DNA of 64,000 bases from an uncultured Clostridia bacterium (GCA_947584415.1 CANPWN010000005.1:9142-73141); one strand, 5' to 3'; positions 26,947 through 38,000 are shown, counted from the stretch's first letter. Numbers and translations are program-made. The notes: generated by a model not told the origin, from the sequence alone.

Positions 26947-28905
26947 TCAGTCCTTTTTTCCAATTTTTTTCTTGAGAGTGAGAATTTTGTTTCTTATCTC
27001 AATTGCTCGTTCAAAATCAAGTGAGTTTGATGCAATCTTCATCATGCTTGTCAGCCTCTCAATCTCTTTTGGGATATCCTGCTTGCTGATGTTGTCATCA
27101 CCAAGTTTCTTTGTGATTTCAAGTGTGTTCTTAATCTGCTTTTTTATTGTTTTTGGGGTGATGTGATGTTCGAGATTGTATTTTGTCTGAATTTCGCGGC
27201 GGCGGTTGGTTTCATCAATTGCCCTTTTCATAGAGTCGGTGATTTCATCCGCATACATGATGGCTCTGCCGTTTTCATTTCTTGCAACTCTGCCTATTGT
27301 TTGAATAAGCGCGCCCTCTGACCGCAAGAAACCTTCTTTGTCTGCGTCCAAAATTGCCACAAGTTCAACTTCCGGCATATCCAAGCCTTCACGCAAAAGG
27401 TTTATGCCAACAAGCACATCAAATTCGCCGCTCCTAAGCCCATTGATTATTTCAACACGCTCCATTGTGTCAATGTCAGAGTGCAAATATTTGACCTTAA
27501 ATTTGCGGTCGCTCAAATATGTTGTCAAACTTTCAGCCATCTTCTTTGTCAGCGTTGTGACAAGCACTCTTGCCCCGCGTGAAATTGTTTTGTTGATTTC
27601 GCTTATAAGGTCATCAATTTGCCCCTTTGATGGCCTAACTTCAATCTTCGGGTCTAAAAGCCCAGTTGGACGGATAAGTTGTTCAACAACTTGTCCAGCG
27701 CGTGAAAGTTCATATTCAGATGGTGTTGCCGAAACATATAATGTCTGCCCAAGTCGCTCATTAAATTCGTCAAATTTGAGAGGTCTGTTATCTCTTGCCG
27801 CTTCCAAGCGAAAACCATACTCAATCAGGCTGTTCTTCCTTGCCCTGTCACCATTGAACATGGCACGAATTTGCGGAAGTGTCATATGGCACTCATCTAT
27901 GATTGTCAAAAACCCTTTTGGAAAATAGTCCATGAGTGTGAACGGTGGCTCACCTGGTTTGCGACCGTCAAAATAGCGAGAATAATTTTCTATTCCACTG
28001 CAATATCCAATCTCTTTCATCATTTCAAGGTCATACGCCACCCTTTGACCTATGCGCTCTGTTTCGAGTGGTTTGCCGGCATCAAGAAAGTTCTTTATGG
28101 CCTTTTCTCTGTCCTCAGAAATTTCATTGATTGCCTGTTTGAGCCTTTGGTCGCCAACTGCATAGTGTGTGGCTGGATATATTGCGGCGTAGGAAATTTC
28201 ATTGAGCATATTGCCGGTCACTGGGTCAAACTCATATATCTTTTCAATTTCGTCACCAAAAAACCTCACCCTTATTGCCATTTCGGACTGGCTGGCAGGA
28301 AAGATGTCCAGTGTGTCACCTTTAGCACGAAAAGTTGAGCGTTTGAAGTCCATTTCACTGCGAGTGTATTGGATGTCTATAAGCCGCCTTATCACCTCGT
28401 CCCTGTCAACAACATCACCTTTTCTAAGTGAGATGTGAAGATTGTAATACTCCTCTGGACTGCCAAGACCATATATGCACGAAACTGACGCCACAACAAT
28501 TGTGTCGCGTCTCTCCAAAAGCGAAGATGTGGCGGAGGAGCGAAGTTTGTCAATTTCATCATTGATGGACATGTCCTTTTCAATGTATGTGTCCGTCGAA
28601 ACAATATAGGCCTCGGGTTGATAATAGTCATAATAGGAAACAAAATACTCAACGCGGTTTTCTGGGAAAAATTCCCTAAGTTCGTTGCAAAGTTGGGCGG
28701 CAAGCGTTTTGTTGTGGGCAATGACGAGGGTTGGTCGGTTAAGCGAGGCAATTATGTTTGCCATGGTGAAAGTTTTGCCACTTCCCGTGACACCCAATAG
28801 CACCTGTTCTTTAAGGCCATCATTAAACCCTTCCACAAGTTTTTCAATGGCTTGTGGTTGGTCGCCCGATGGCGCAAATGGAGAATGAAGAATAAATTTG
28901 TCCAT
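26947..28905 (-). CDS. uvrB: Excinuclease ABC subunit B.
   Basis: 652 aa with [18 protein letters not shown] and a C-terminal UVR domain ([26 protein letters not shown]). Confidence 0.95.
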   Translation of the reverse strand: MDKFILHSPFAPSGDQPQAIEKLVEGFNDGLKEQVLLGVTGSGKTFTMANIIASLNRPTLVIAHNKTLAAQLCNELREFFPENRVEYFVSYYDYYQPEAYIVSTDTYIEKDMSINDEIDKLRSSATSSLLERRDTIVVASVSCIYGLGSPEEYYNLHISLRKGDVVDRDEVIRRLIDIQYTRSEMDFKRSTFRAKGDTLDIFPASQSEMAIRVRFFGDEIEKIYEFDPVTGNMLNEISYAAIYPATHYAVGDQRLKQAINEISEDREKAIKNFLDAGKPLETERIGQRVAYDLEMMKEIGYCSGIENYSRYFDGRKPGEPPFTLMDYFPKGFLTIIDECHMTLPQIRAMFNGDRARKNSLIEYGFRLEAARDNRPLKFDEFNERLGQTLYVSATPSEYELSRAGQVVEQLIRPTGLLDPKIEVRPSKGQIDDLISEINKTISRGARVLVTTLTKKMAESLTTYLSDRKFKVKYLHSDIDTMERVEIINGLRSGEFDVLVGINLLREGLDMPEVELVAILDADKEGFLRSEGALIQTIGRVARNENGRAIMYADEITDSMKRAIDETNRRREIQTKYNLEHHITPKTIKKQIKNTLEITKKLGDDNISKQDIPKEIERLTSMMKIASNSLDFERAIEIRNKILTLKKKIGKKD

Positions 28906-28908
28906 ATT

Positions 28909-29244
28909 TTATCCTTTGAAAATTGTTTTCAGCACAAGACCAAAAATGAAACTGACAAGTGCTAAAAACAGACTTCTTAACACCAAGAGGCCAAATGTCT
29001 TTTTCTGACGCTTGGAGTCCTGCTCAAAGGAAAGCCCCTTCTTTTTTAATGTTACACAATAATAATACCCCATTTTGCTTTCTGACACAACAAAATCAAT
29101 GTAATTTTCATTGGAAAGATTTGTCATTATTTCATCTAGCTCACTGACAGAAAGCACAAACTTTTTGGAAAGCGAAGCAGCAATTTCATTGGGCGAAACA
29201 AGACAAGTGCGTTTTTTAGGACACACTTTGACAAGATATTTCAT
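28909..29244 (-). CDS. Small membrane-anchored winged-helix-like protein; paralogue of 30105-30470.
   Basis: The start MKYLVKV is preceded by AAGGAAAGG, and there is a C-terminal TM helix (LLVLRSLFLALVSFIFGLVL). The stop lies 3 nt before the uvrB start. Confidence 0.5.
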   Translation of the reverse strand: MKYLVKVCPKKRTCLVSPNEIAASLSKKFVLSVSELDEIMTNLSNENYIDFVVSESKMGYYYCVTLKKKGLSFEQDSKRQKKTFGLLVLRSLFLALVSFIFGLVLKTIFKG

Positions 29245-29266
29245 CACAAGCCTTTCCTTTCTGGAC

Positions 29267-29296
29267 AAAAAAACACCTCTTAAGAAGTGTTTTATT
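29267..29296 (-). terminator. Rho-independent terminator after the 219-aa gene.
   Basis: Minus strand reads AAACACTTCTTAAGAGGTGTTT followed by a T7 run. Confidence 0.5.
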
Positions 29297-29322
29297 GCCT
29301 TTTTGTCATTGTTTTAGTCAAA

Positions 29323-29982
29323 TTATACGCCAAGTGGATTTGGCTCATAGTTTGGAAGTTCGTCTATTGAAAGCATTGCTTTCTGATATTTTCTGTAAGC
29401 ATCCTTCTCTTCAGGTGATTCAGTGCAACTGCCGGTTATTTCTCCCCACACATCAGTCACCCTGTCGCAAATGTCTGTGTAATTTTGTTTTAAAGATGAA
29501 ATTTTTGTCAAATATGAGGAAGCCTGGTCAAATTGCATTTTAAAAACTGTTGCAAAATACTGGATAAAATTGTCAGTGCGTTGTTGCTCTTCAAAATTAA
29601 GATGTCTGCCATTTCCAGTTTTCTTACTCAGCAATTGTTTATCATTTTCAATTGCACTTAAAACTGACTGGTTTTCTTCATGAGGATAAGCGCAAGCCGC
29701 ATCAAGTAGGTTTGGATAGATTTTCTCCAAATTTTCTTTGTTTATTTCAATTTTGCCGGCACGGAACTCATAAAGCGAACTTGCAACATATTCTTGAAAC
29801 GTGCTAAGATAGCTATAAAGCACTCTTGGGTTTTCCCATTCTTTTGAAAGTTGCTCTCGCAATTTTTCTTGTGCCTCATTGTCAGTTTTTTCAACATCAT
29901 AAAAATCTGAATAAACTTCTGCACCAAAAACTGCAACCCAATCTGGTGGAATAACTGTTCCTTCAGTTTTGTTCTTTCCCAT
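29323..29982 (-). CDS. Hypothetical 219-aa cytoplasmic protein.
   Basis: RBS AAGGGGGG. The ORF is open with no recognisable domain. Confidence 0.55.
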   Translation of the reverse strand: MGKNKTEGTVIPPDWVAVFGAEVYSDFYDVEKTDNEAQEKLREQLSKEWENPRVLYSYLSTFQEYVASSLYEFRAGKIEINKENLEKIYPNLLDAACAYPHEENQSVLSAIENDKQLLSKKTGNGRHLNFEEQQRTDNFIQYFATVFKMQFDQASSYLTKISSLKQNYTDICDRVTDVWGEITGSCTESPEEKDAYRKYQKAMLSIDELPNYEPNPLGV

Positions 29983-30104
29983 ATTCCCCCCTTGCTTTAA
30001 GTTTAGTTTAACCTATTTTCAATTTTAAGTCAATAGTAAAATCAAAAATTGTCTAAAATTTACGAATTTATGTTATTTTTTTCTTATTTGCAGAAAATAT
30101 TGTT

Positions 30105-30470
30105 ATGCTTGATACAAAAACTAATTTGATATTAAAAATTTTGCAAAAAGAGTGCAAAAATGGCGGCTACAAAGTAGTGGACAAGGCCGACATTATTTCC
30201 GCTCTGCCCTCCAAATACAGAATAGACGAAGAGGAACTTGACCACATCATCACTTTTCTTGAGCGTAGTGAGTGCATACATGTCAAATATGATGACGACA
30301 ATGTTTATTGCTTGTGCATACTGCCACTTGGCAATCAAATAACCGAAAGAGAAGAAAAAAATAAAAAAGATAAAAAATCTTTTTTTAATTTTTATTTAAT
30401 TTTTTTTGTATTTTTTTCTGCAATTTTAGGGTCAATTTTAGGAAATATTATTGCAAGATTTATTCCTTAG
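30105..30470 (+). CDS. Small membrane-anchored winged-helix-like protein; paralogue of 28909-29244.
   Basis: LILKILQKECKNGGYKVVDKADIISALPSKYRIDEEELDHIITFLE aligns by eye with LVMKYLVKVCPKKRTCLVSPNEIAASLSKKFVLSVSELDEIMTNLS. It has a C-terminal TM helix. Confidence 0.5.
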   Translation: MLDTKTNLILKILQKECKNGGYKVVDKADIISALPSKYRIDEEELDHIITFLERSECIHVKYDDDNVYCLCILPLGNQITEREEKNKKDKKSFFNFYLIFFVFFSAILGSILGNIIARFIP

Positions 30471-30489
30471 TCAAATAAAGACGAAAAAA

Positions 30490-31206
30490 TCATTGAAAAG
30501 TTTCAAATTTTCGGTAAAAATTCTTTGAAATAATTCCATAAATTCCGTCTTGGCCAACAATAATATGGTCGACCAAATTAACTCCCAAAGTGCTGACCAA
30601 ATCTGAAATGATTTTTGTGCCTTCAAGGTCAGTCTGTGATGGAAGCGCGCTACCTTGCGGATGATTGTGTGCCAAAAACACATACGCAGGACAAAGACCT
30701 GTTATGTATTTTGCAATTTGATGAGTGCTTATCCCAACGCTAAGCAGCCCGCCAGTTGCAAGTTTTGTTTTAAACATGAGTTTGTTTGACGCACTGATTC
30801 CAACCAAATAAGTTGTTTCAACAGATTTAAATCTCAAAAGTTCTTCAAAAAAATCTGCAACATCTGAGCGGTATTCAAAAGCGTATTTTTTGACAAGTTG
30901 TTGTTCATTAAAATAGTCAAACACCTCGGTCAAAAGATGCAACTTTTTCGCAGATGTTTCACCCATCCCCTCTATGTCCGCAAGCAAAGTCCAGTCCGCA
31001 TTTAAAACATTGACAAACGAGCCAAAACGGTTGAGCAGTCTGTGTGCGATTTCATTTGTGTCGCAGCGCGGCATAATGTAAGTCAAAACAAACTCCAGGG
31101 CGACAACATCACTAACATTTTCAAGCCCAGCATCCATAACCGTTTTCATCAAGCGTTGTCTGTGACCAGCATGCAAATTTTTGTTTTTCTCTTCACTCTT
31201 TTTCAC
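30490..31206 (-). CDS. radC: RadC-family JAB/MPN domain protein.
   Basis: GHRQRL is near the N-terminus and the JAMM motif is AHNHPQGSALPSQTD. The start codon is GTG. Confidence 0.85.
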   Translation of the reverse strand: MKKSEEKNKNLHAGHRQRLMKTVMDAGLENVSDVVALEFVLTYIMPRCDTNEIAHRLLNRFGSFVNVLNADWTLLADIEGMGETSAKKLHLLTEVFDYFNEQQLVKKYAFEYRSDVADFFEELLRFKSVETTYLVGISASNKLMFKTKLATGGLLSVGISTHQIAKYITGLCPAYVFLAHNHPQGSALPSQTDLEGTKIISDLVSTLGVNLVDHIIVGQDGIYGIISKNFYRKFETFQ

Positions 31207-31213
31207 GAGTAAA

Positions 31214-31242
31214 ATTTTAACATTTTAACCAAATTTTGACAA
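31214..31242 (-). promoter_or_regulatory. Candidate promoter, TTGTCA-17 nt-TAAAAT.
   Basis: Minus-strand reading is TTGTCAaaatttggttaaaatgtTAAAATtttactcGTG. The -10 box ends 7 nt before the GTG start, with no SD. Confidence 0.45.
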
Positions 31243-31269
31243 ATATTTTCATGTTGTTTCCAAAAAAAA

Positions 31270-31352
31270 TATGCTATCTCTGCGACAAACATATCTTCTG
31301 CGAATAATTACGGCATAGTTATGGCAGGGCAAGGCAGCAATGGCTATCGTGG
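31270..31352 (+). repeat. Left arm of the 83-bp inverted repeat (partner 32790-32872).
   Basis: Base-by-base hand alignment gives 81/83 identical (88/92 if extended to 31361/32781). Homology starts abruptly at 31270 and flanking sequence outside it is unrelated. Confidence 0.85.
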
Positions 31353-31987
31353 GAATGACGGCTACAGTGGTAAAGACACAGATGACGGTTCATCACCAGG
31401 TGAAGGTAAAAATGGTGAAGAGGGTGGTGCCGCAGGAGACACTGGAAAGGCTTATATGTCAGGGATAACCGAACTTTCTGGTTCAAAACCTGCCAATAGC
31501 ACACCATCCGCCGGTTTAACAGGCAACACCGGTTGGGGCGGACTTAACTTATATAAATATGAATCTGTTATTAATAAAACATCAGGGGAATTTAACTATT
31601 ATAAGAGTTGGCTTAGCAGATGGAAAGATGTTCCATTAAATTATAATAATTCCGATTCTTCTCATAAGACCAATGTATATTGCGATTTCTATTTTTCTTG
31701 GGGTGGGACGACCTCAAGTACAAAAACAAACTGGGTTGAGGGTCCTGACACTAATCCTGATGGAGAAAACTATCCTTATCAAAATAGTGTTTACATCGAT
31801 TGCACATGCGGATATGATTATAATTATTATATCATCACAAGTGATAAACCTAAACTTTATGGAAATATTCTTTGGGCAGAAATTCGTGTTCACACAAAAA
31901 CATGGCTTGCAGGTAAAGGTGCTGATGTTATAGATGGATATAAGAGTTTTTATGTCATCAACCAGCCAAACAGTGCAAAATTATCAG

Positions 31988-32028
31988 AACACAAAACCAC
32001 AACCTTATTCAGGTTGTGGTTTTGTGTT
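31988..32028. terminator. 18-bp perfect palindrome with a 5-nt loop at the junction of the two convergent C-terminal cassettes; probable terminator/stabiliser hairpin.
   Basis: AACACAAAACCACAACCT-tattc-AGGTTGTGGTTTTGTGTT. It starts at the giant ORF's stop codon (32027-32029). U-tracts are weak on both sides. Confidence 0.55.
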
Positions 32029-35000
32029 ATACATTTACTTCCGTAATCTTTGACTGCTTTGATGAATCTATGACTTTTTGACCTTGAACAACAGTCCATT
32101 TAGGAACCAAATAAAGGGCTAATTCAATACCTCTATCTTCGTGATTTAGTAAATCATATTCTGCTGTTGTTAAATAGGCATTACTCCAATAATAATTTAT
32201 TAAATAATAATATCCGTTATCTTCAAAATAAGCACCATCACTCTTCATTATGCCATCCTGGCCAGAATTTTTGCCATCGCCATTAAATTCTCTCATAAAA
32301 GTATTATATCCTGGACCTTTGGCTTCAGTTATTTCGGGATATCTAATGTAACCTGTTGTATTTGCACAATATCTAAATTCAATATTAGAATCATATAAAG
32401 CAATTTGTAATTTTTCAGTATTTCCATTTACACCAACGTTCGATGCTTGTTTATATCCTCTACATTGCAAATATATGCTCCTTCCATTCCATAATTTGAA
32501 TATTTCATTAGAGGCTAACATTGCTTTTACCTTCCATCTTCCACTTTCGTATTTATGCAAATCTAAGCCGTCCCAACCGGTGTTGCCGTCCAAGGCTCTG
32601 TATTCTCCAGTCCCCTTTCCATTTTCATCTTTTATTTCAACACCATTTTTGTTTATAGCGGCTTTAATTTCTTCTTTTTTTGGCATATAGGCTACACCTG
32701 GTGCGCCATTTTCACCGCCAGTTCCTCCTGATTTGCCTTCGGTTGGCGCTGAACAATCATCTGTGTCCACACCGCTACTGCCGTCAGTTCCACGATAGCC
32801 ATTGCTGCCTTGTCCTGCCATAACTATGCCGTAATTATTCGCAGAAGGTATGTTTGTCGCAGAGATAGCATAAACGCTTTGCCCTGCGGTGCCAGTTTCC
32901 CCATAAGGATAACCCTTAAATATCCACAACACTGAAACATTAAACGCATGAACACCATCAAGACCAATAATCGTGCCAAGATTGCTGATTTGACTGCCAG
33001 TAGCCGCGTTATTGATTTTTGGGCTAATTCCAAACAAACTTCCGTCTGTTATTTTTTTAGCCTTCGTTCCGTCGTGAAAAACAATTTCCTTTGTTCCATC
33101 TTGATAGCCAATATCCTTAACACAGAAGGAAGCATAATTTGAAATAGTCAAACTGGTATTTTCTGCTTCTATTGCGTTTGCAACTGTGCCTATATTTGGA
33201 ATTCTTGTTCCGTAATTCGCTCTCGTCACAATCACGGTGCCAAAAGTTCTTATGTTGTAAGAATTTGACATTGATTCCATGTAAAGTGGATGGTTGTTTG
33301 TTGTTCCTGCAACGGTAAGGTCTTTAATAAAGCCAAAGTCGTCTGAGCCTTTAAATAAACTGTCACTGATAGAAAGGCTGAAATTAAGTGCAAATCTGTT
33401 GCCAAATATATTCACTTTTTTGCTGATATCTTTTGAGCCAAGAATAATCGGGTTGGTTTGCACGAGAAGAACATCTCGCATAAGCACAACTCCTTCGCCA
33501 GATGTTGCTGTTTGTTGACTTATTATAACACTATAATTTGTATCCGTGTAAGTGTAACCACTCTTGCCAGTGAAATCTAAAGCAAAATCTTTGACTTCAT
33601 TTGATGGTGGGCAAGTTACTGTGGAGCCAACTATAACTTCACCATTTCCGCCACCTGTGTATTCGTGCAAAGTTGCATCATATTTGAAATCAAGTGAAAC
33701 TGTTGCTTCAGCATAATGTAAGCCGAAATTAACAACATTTTCTGCCTTATCCGTTAATATGTCTGAAACAACCAGAACAGAATTGATTGGGAAATAACCA
33801 GATGAAATGGATGCAGTTATTCTTATTTTATTACTATCATCTTTTTCTGCGGCAAAAGTTACTCCTTCAAGATTGATTTGTTCATCTTCATAGTTTACTG
33901 AGTATTTAACATCTGCAATATCTATTGTGTCTTCAATATTGGCTTTTACTGCCACTTCCTTTCCATTATCTTCGTAAATGGACAAGGCTTCGCCGTCAAA
34001 CCAATAGAAATAGTTTTTGCCATTTACTGAAATCTTGCCGTCTTTTCCAATAAGCCATGCTCTTGTAAAAGTAAATTTGCCGTTTTGATATGTAATTGCC
34101 CATTCATAACCTTTAGCAAAAAACATATCTTCAATATATCCTTCTTCATCAACTTTGAACAGCTGCCCATTTACTGTCAACTCATTTTTTTCTTTGTCAA
34201 AACTGAGAGTGTATTCTTCACCATCAAGGGTCACTTTCCCTGCTGTTTCGCTAACAGTAACTTCATCAGCCTCTGCTTCTGCACGCACTAATGTTAACCT
34301 TCTTTCATAAATGCCTGCAACGAAATCTGTGCCATTTACAAGACTTGTTTTGCCAGATGGCCACACTAGGCCTGTGTCAACTGACAGGCTGTTACTTGCA
34401 GAGGATGAAACAATATATTTGTGCGAAATAATCACATCTCTGTAATAATAGAAGGATGTTAAATTTGTGCCGGCGGAGGATATCACGCTTGTGTAATAAT
34501 AGATATGGTCATCAATATTGATTGAATGACTGCTGCCATAATAATTTTTCTCGTTTTCTTCATCGCCTTTGTTTAATATCAAGAAGAGTGTGTTATCAGA
34601 ACTATCGAAATTTACATAATATTTGTTTCCATTGATAACAACCGTTTGTGTTCCATCAGTTGCTTTGTCAATGTTAACATATGTCTTGTAACTGTCAACA
34701 TTTTCATCTAGTGTAATGGAGCCATCAATTATTTTTGAATCATCTAAATAACGGCGTGAGAAAGTGATATTTTCATTGGTTTCGCCATAATATGCGTGCT
34801 CAATAGACTTTAAACGCCATGTGAGCAGTCCAGTGCAACTGTAACCAGAAGAAACTCCTGAGCCTACATCCGTGCTTTGTTTTGTTTGAGTGGAAGCGTT
34901 TCTGATAAGTTCATAAGTGTATGTATAACTTCCGTCACCTTCAACATCGACACTCTGAGTTTTTGTGCCAATAACAGCATTGGCAGTGTTAAGAATTGAG

Positions 35001-38000
35001 TTATCTAACTTAATATCCCAATAAGTGCTTGATGATGTTTCATTTGATGAAATATATCTATTCTCATACTCAGCGCGTATTTGTAAGCCTGCCAAGAAAG
35101 TGTTTTCTATTGTGCAGTCATATATTCCAATGTCATGGACAGTATTCACTGCTTCCTTGCACACAAGTTTAACATTAACAGTTGTTATGTCCGTTTTTGA
35201 ATCATAACTTGAACTTTCAATATAGAAAGAGCCTGCGACATTTTCAAGTCCTGCTCTTGTGGTGTTCAATTTAAAATCACACAATTTGACTTCTCCTGAT
35301 GCGCCAATGGTGTAAGTTGATGTGTTGGTTAAATCGAATATCCAGTAATAAAGTCCACCCGAATTGTCATGGCTTGATGCATTTATGGTTGAAGCTTTCC
35401 CTTTGATTTTTACTGGGAAAGATACTGTTAGTTTATCTGAACTGTAAGTCAAATCACCACGGGTGATTCTGTTGCCATTTGTCGGGTTGCCTGTTGAAAT
35501 CATTCCTTCGTATCCAAGCGAACCTCTTTGTAAAAGGCGCAAGGCTTGTGTGTAACTGTCATATTCCGACCAAGACACCTTTTCATACGCAGATGGCACT
35601 GAGAAGGATTCTGTTTGCAAACCAAAATCATCCATGGTTACACTTGCACTAAATCTGCCAGTGTAAGTCTCGGTTTTGCCTTGATTGATGTTAAATGTGA
35701 TAACGTTGTTCTTCAATAATTCAAATTTTCCTTTTGCATCGGCACCTGTGTAAGTGAGCTTTTGCGTCGTTGCATCTGTTGCCACTGCTTCTGCTTTCAT
35801 TGTAAGTTCAATTACTTCACCATCAGCGTTTGGAACACTAATTTTAACATCACCTGCGACAAAATCACCTTCAGAAAGGTCATAGTAAATCGTCACCACA
35901 TCATCATCTTTGCTTTCAGAGTTTTCACCTTCACTGAACAAAATGTTTGCCGCATCCACATGAACGGACACTTCTCGTGGTTCAAAGGATGCTGTGATTG
36001 TGTAAGAAATGTTGACACGTGTTGGTTTTCCATCAATAGGAACTGCAACATTAAAAGATATTGAGCCGTTGCCAGTTGTATCCACAATCAATGCACTTGT
36101 GTTAATCGTATTTTTATTGCTGTCAGTCGCTGAAACTGAGAAATCATAGCCTGCGCTATAAAGGTCTGAAATGTTTTTGCCTTTTATTTTTCCATTATAT
36201 GAAACCTTTTCCCAACTATATCCAAGTTGAGCGTTGCTTACAAAATCATCTCCATTATAAACAAAGTTAAGTGTTTTTCCTCCAACTGAAACACCGCGCG
36301 TCTCAGAGTCGTCAGTTATACCTTTTTGAATTTCCTCAAGAATTGCCGTCTTCGTGTTTGTGCCTTGTTTATCACCAGAAACACGACAGAAATCTTTGTA
36401 AGTTTCACCATAATCCAATTGAACAGTTCTTGTGTAAACTTGTTGTTTAATTTTGTTATTTCCAGGATACTCTATCTCTCTATCACAAGAGATGAAGTAT
36501 GATGACATAACCCCCAGTTCGTCAATCTCTGCAATATGCACTTTGAAATTACTAAATGTTGTTAATAGCTTGTATGAATTAAGTTCAAATTTATTTTTTT
36601 CAACTTGTTTATCTACTACTTTTTCTTCTCCTACCAACATAAATTTTTCAAAATAAAACGAACCAACTTCTGATGAGTCTGCATCAAAGCCAAATTTCCA
36701 TGGTGCCGTCCCGTTAAAGAATGCTTCTCCGGAATCATGATTTGAGCCAGTGAAAGTTGAACCACTGATACCTCCAACATAGACAAGCTGATTGGTCACA
36801 TTAATAATATCTACAGCTTGGGAGGTCTTCACAACCAACACTCCATTCGAATCGTCACTAAAAGTTACAAAAAAGTTATCGTTTACTTCATCCGCTTGCT
36901 GCAATGGCGCTGAAGGGTTTTTGCTCAACGCTTCAATAAAGCCCTCATTTGTGCAATTTGTGATTGAAATTGTTGATGATGAATAACCCAAAATTCCGCC
37001 GGCATAAACCTTAGATGCGTTTTCTTTGTTGCCTGCTTTGACCATGGAAGTGTTGTAGCAATGGTCAATTGTTGATGTTGTATTTCCAACAATTCCGCCA
37101 GCGTAGAAATTGCCACTTCCACCTGTGTAACCAGCAAAGACAGTGTTTTCATTTCCGCAATAATTGATTGCTGCTGTTGTGTTTCCAGCAATTCCACCCG
37201 CTATGCCGTCATCTGAATTTTTGTCTACCGCTATTGTGTTGATTGGAGCATAGTTGATTGAGTTGGTGATTGTGCCTGTGGCATTTCCGACAATTCCGCC
37301 AATTATTGTGGCTGTCGTGGAGTCAACTTTGACATAGTTTCGGCAATTTGTGATTACTCCTTTGGACGAGCCGAAAAGTCCGCCGGCTGTTGTGCCTGAG
37401 GTTGAACTGATATATCCTTGTGCGCTGACATTGTCCGCATTTACAACACTTTCAGCAACAACAGCATCCATTGCTACGCCTGAGTCTGGAACAATTACTT
37501 TAACATTATCTATTGTTTTAATTGAACTGAATAATGGCTTAGCTAATGCTTGATTTCCAATTGCGCCACGGTTAATGATGTGATAATTGCCATCAAAGGT
37601 CATGTTGCTATAGTCAAAGTCTTCAAATATTAAGCCTGTGTATTTATCGTCGACCATTTTGCCGACCTTTGTCAAATCAAGGTCATGATAAAGGACAACC
37701 TGACTGACACTTGCAGATTTTCCTGACAATTGTGCAAGTTTTGTCGCATTAAAGGCAACATAGTATGCACCAATTTCTTTGGAATTACATTCAACCCACT
37801 TATCATCTGTGAGTTTGGCGTAACTTGAGCGTTTGAACGCATTGAAATTGCGGTATGGATAGCCAAAGTTTATAGCCCCATCCTCTTTCCAATAAATTCC
37901 ATTGGTGAAGGAAACTGTGTTATTATCACCTTGCGTTAATTCTTCTTCAAGGTTTGTGTTTCTAATCTCCATACTTTCTGGGTCATAGGCAAAGCTTTTG

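Larger units (their letters stand above)
31270..32046 (+). other. Promoterless silent alternative C-terminal cassette for the 6400-aa lipoprotein.
   Basis: The frame is open from 31240 to 32046 with no start codon before the conserved internal Met (31321). It encodes YAISATNISSANNYGIVMAGQGSNGYRG..., which matches the giant protein's ...YAISATNIPSANNYGIVMAGQGSNGYRG. It then diverges apart from a shared GNTGW.GL.L.KYES island. About 259 codons are stop-free in an AT-rich genome. Confidence 0.6.

Noticed and set aside
31673-31933. An 86-aa plus-strand ORF inside the silent cassette, in another frame.
   Set aside because: It is out of frame with the cassette frame, which is the one that matches the giant protein. 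It has no homology signal.
31270-32872. A diversity-generating retroelement (template repeat / variable repeat pair) as the explanation for the duplicated C-terminal sequence.
   Set aside because: No reverse transcriptase is present in the window. The copies are inverted and full-length, not a short TR/VR pair. The differences are not restricted to adenine positions; whole codons and indels differ.
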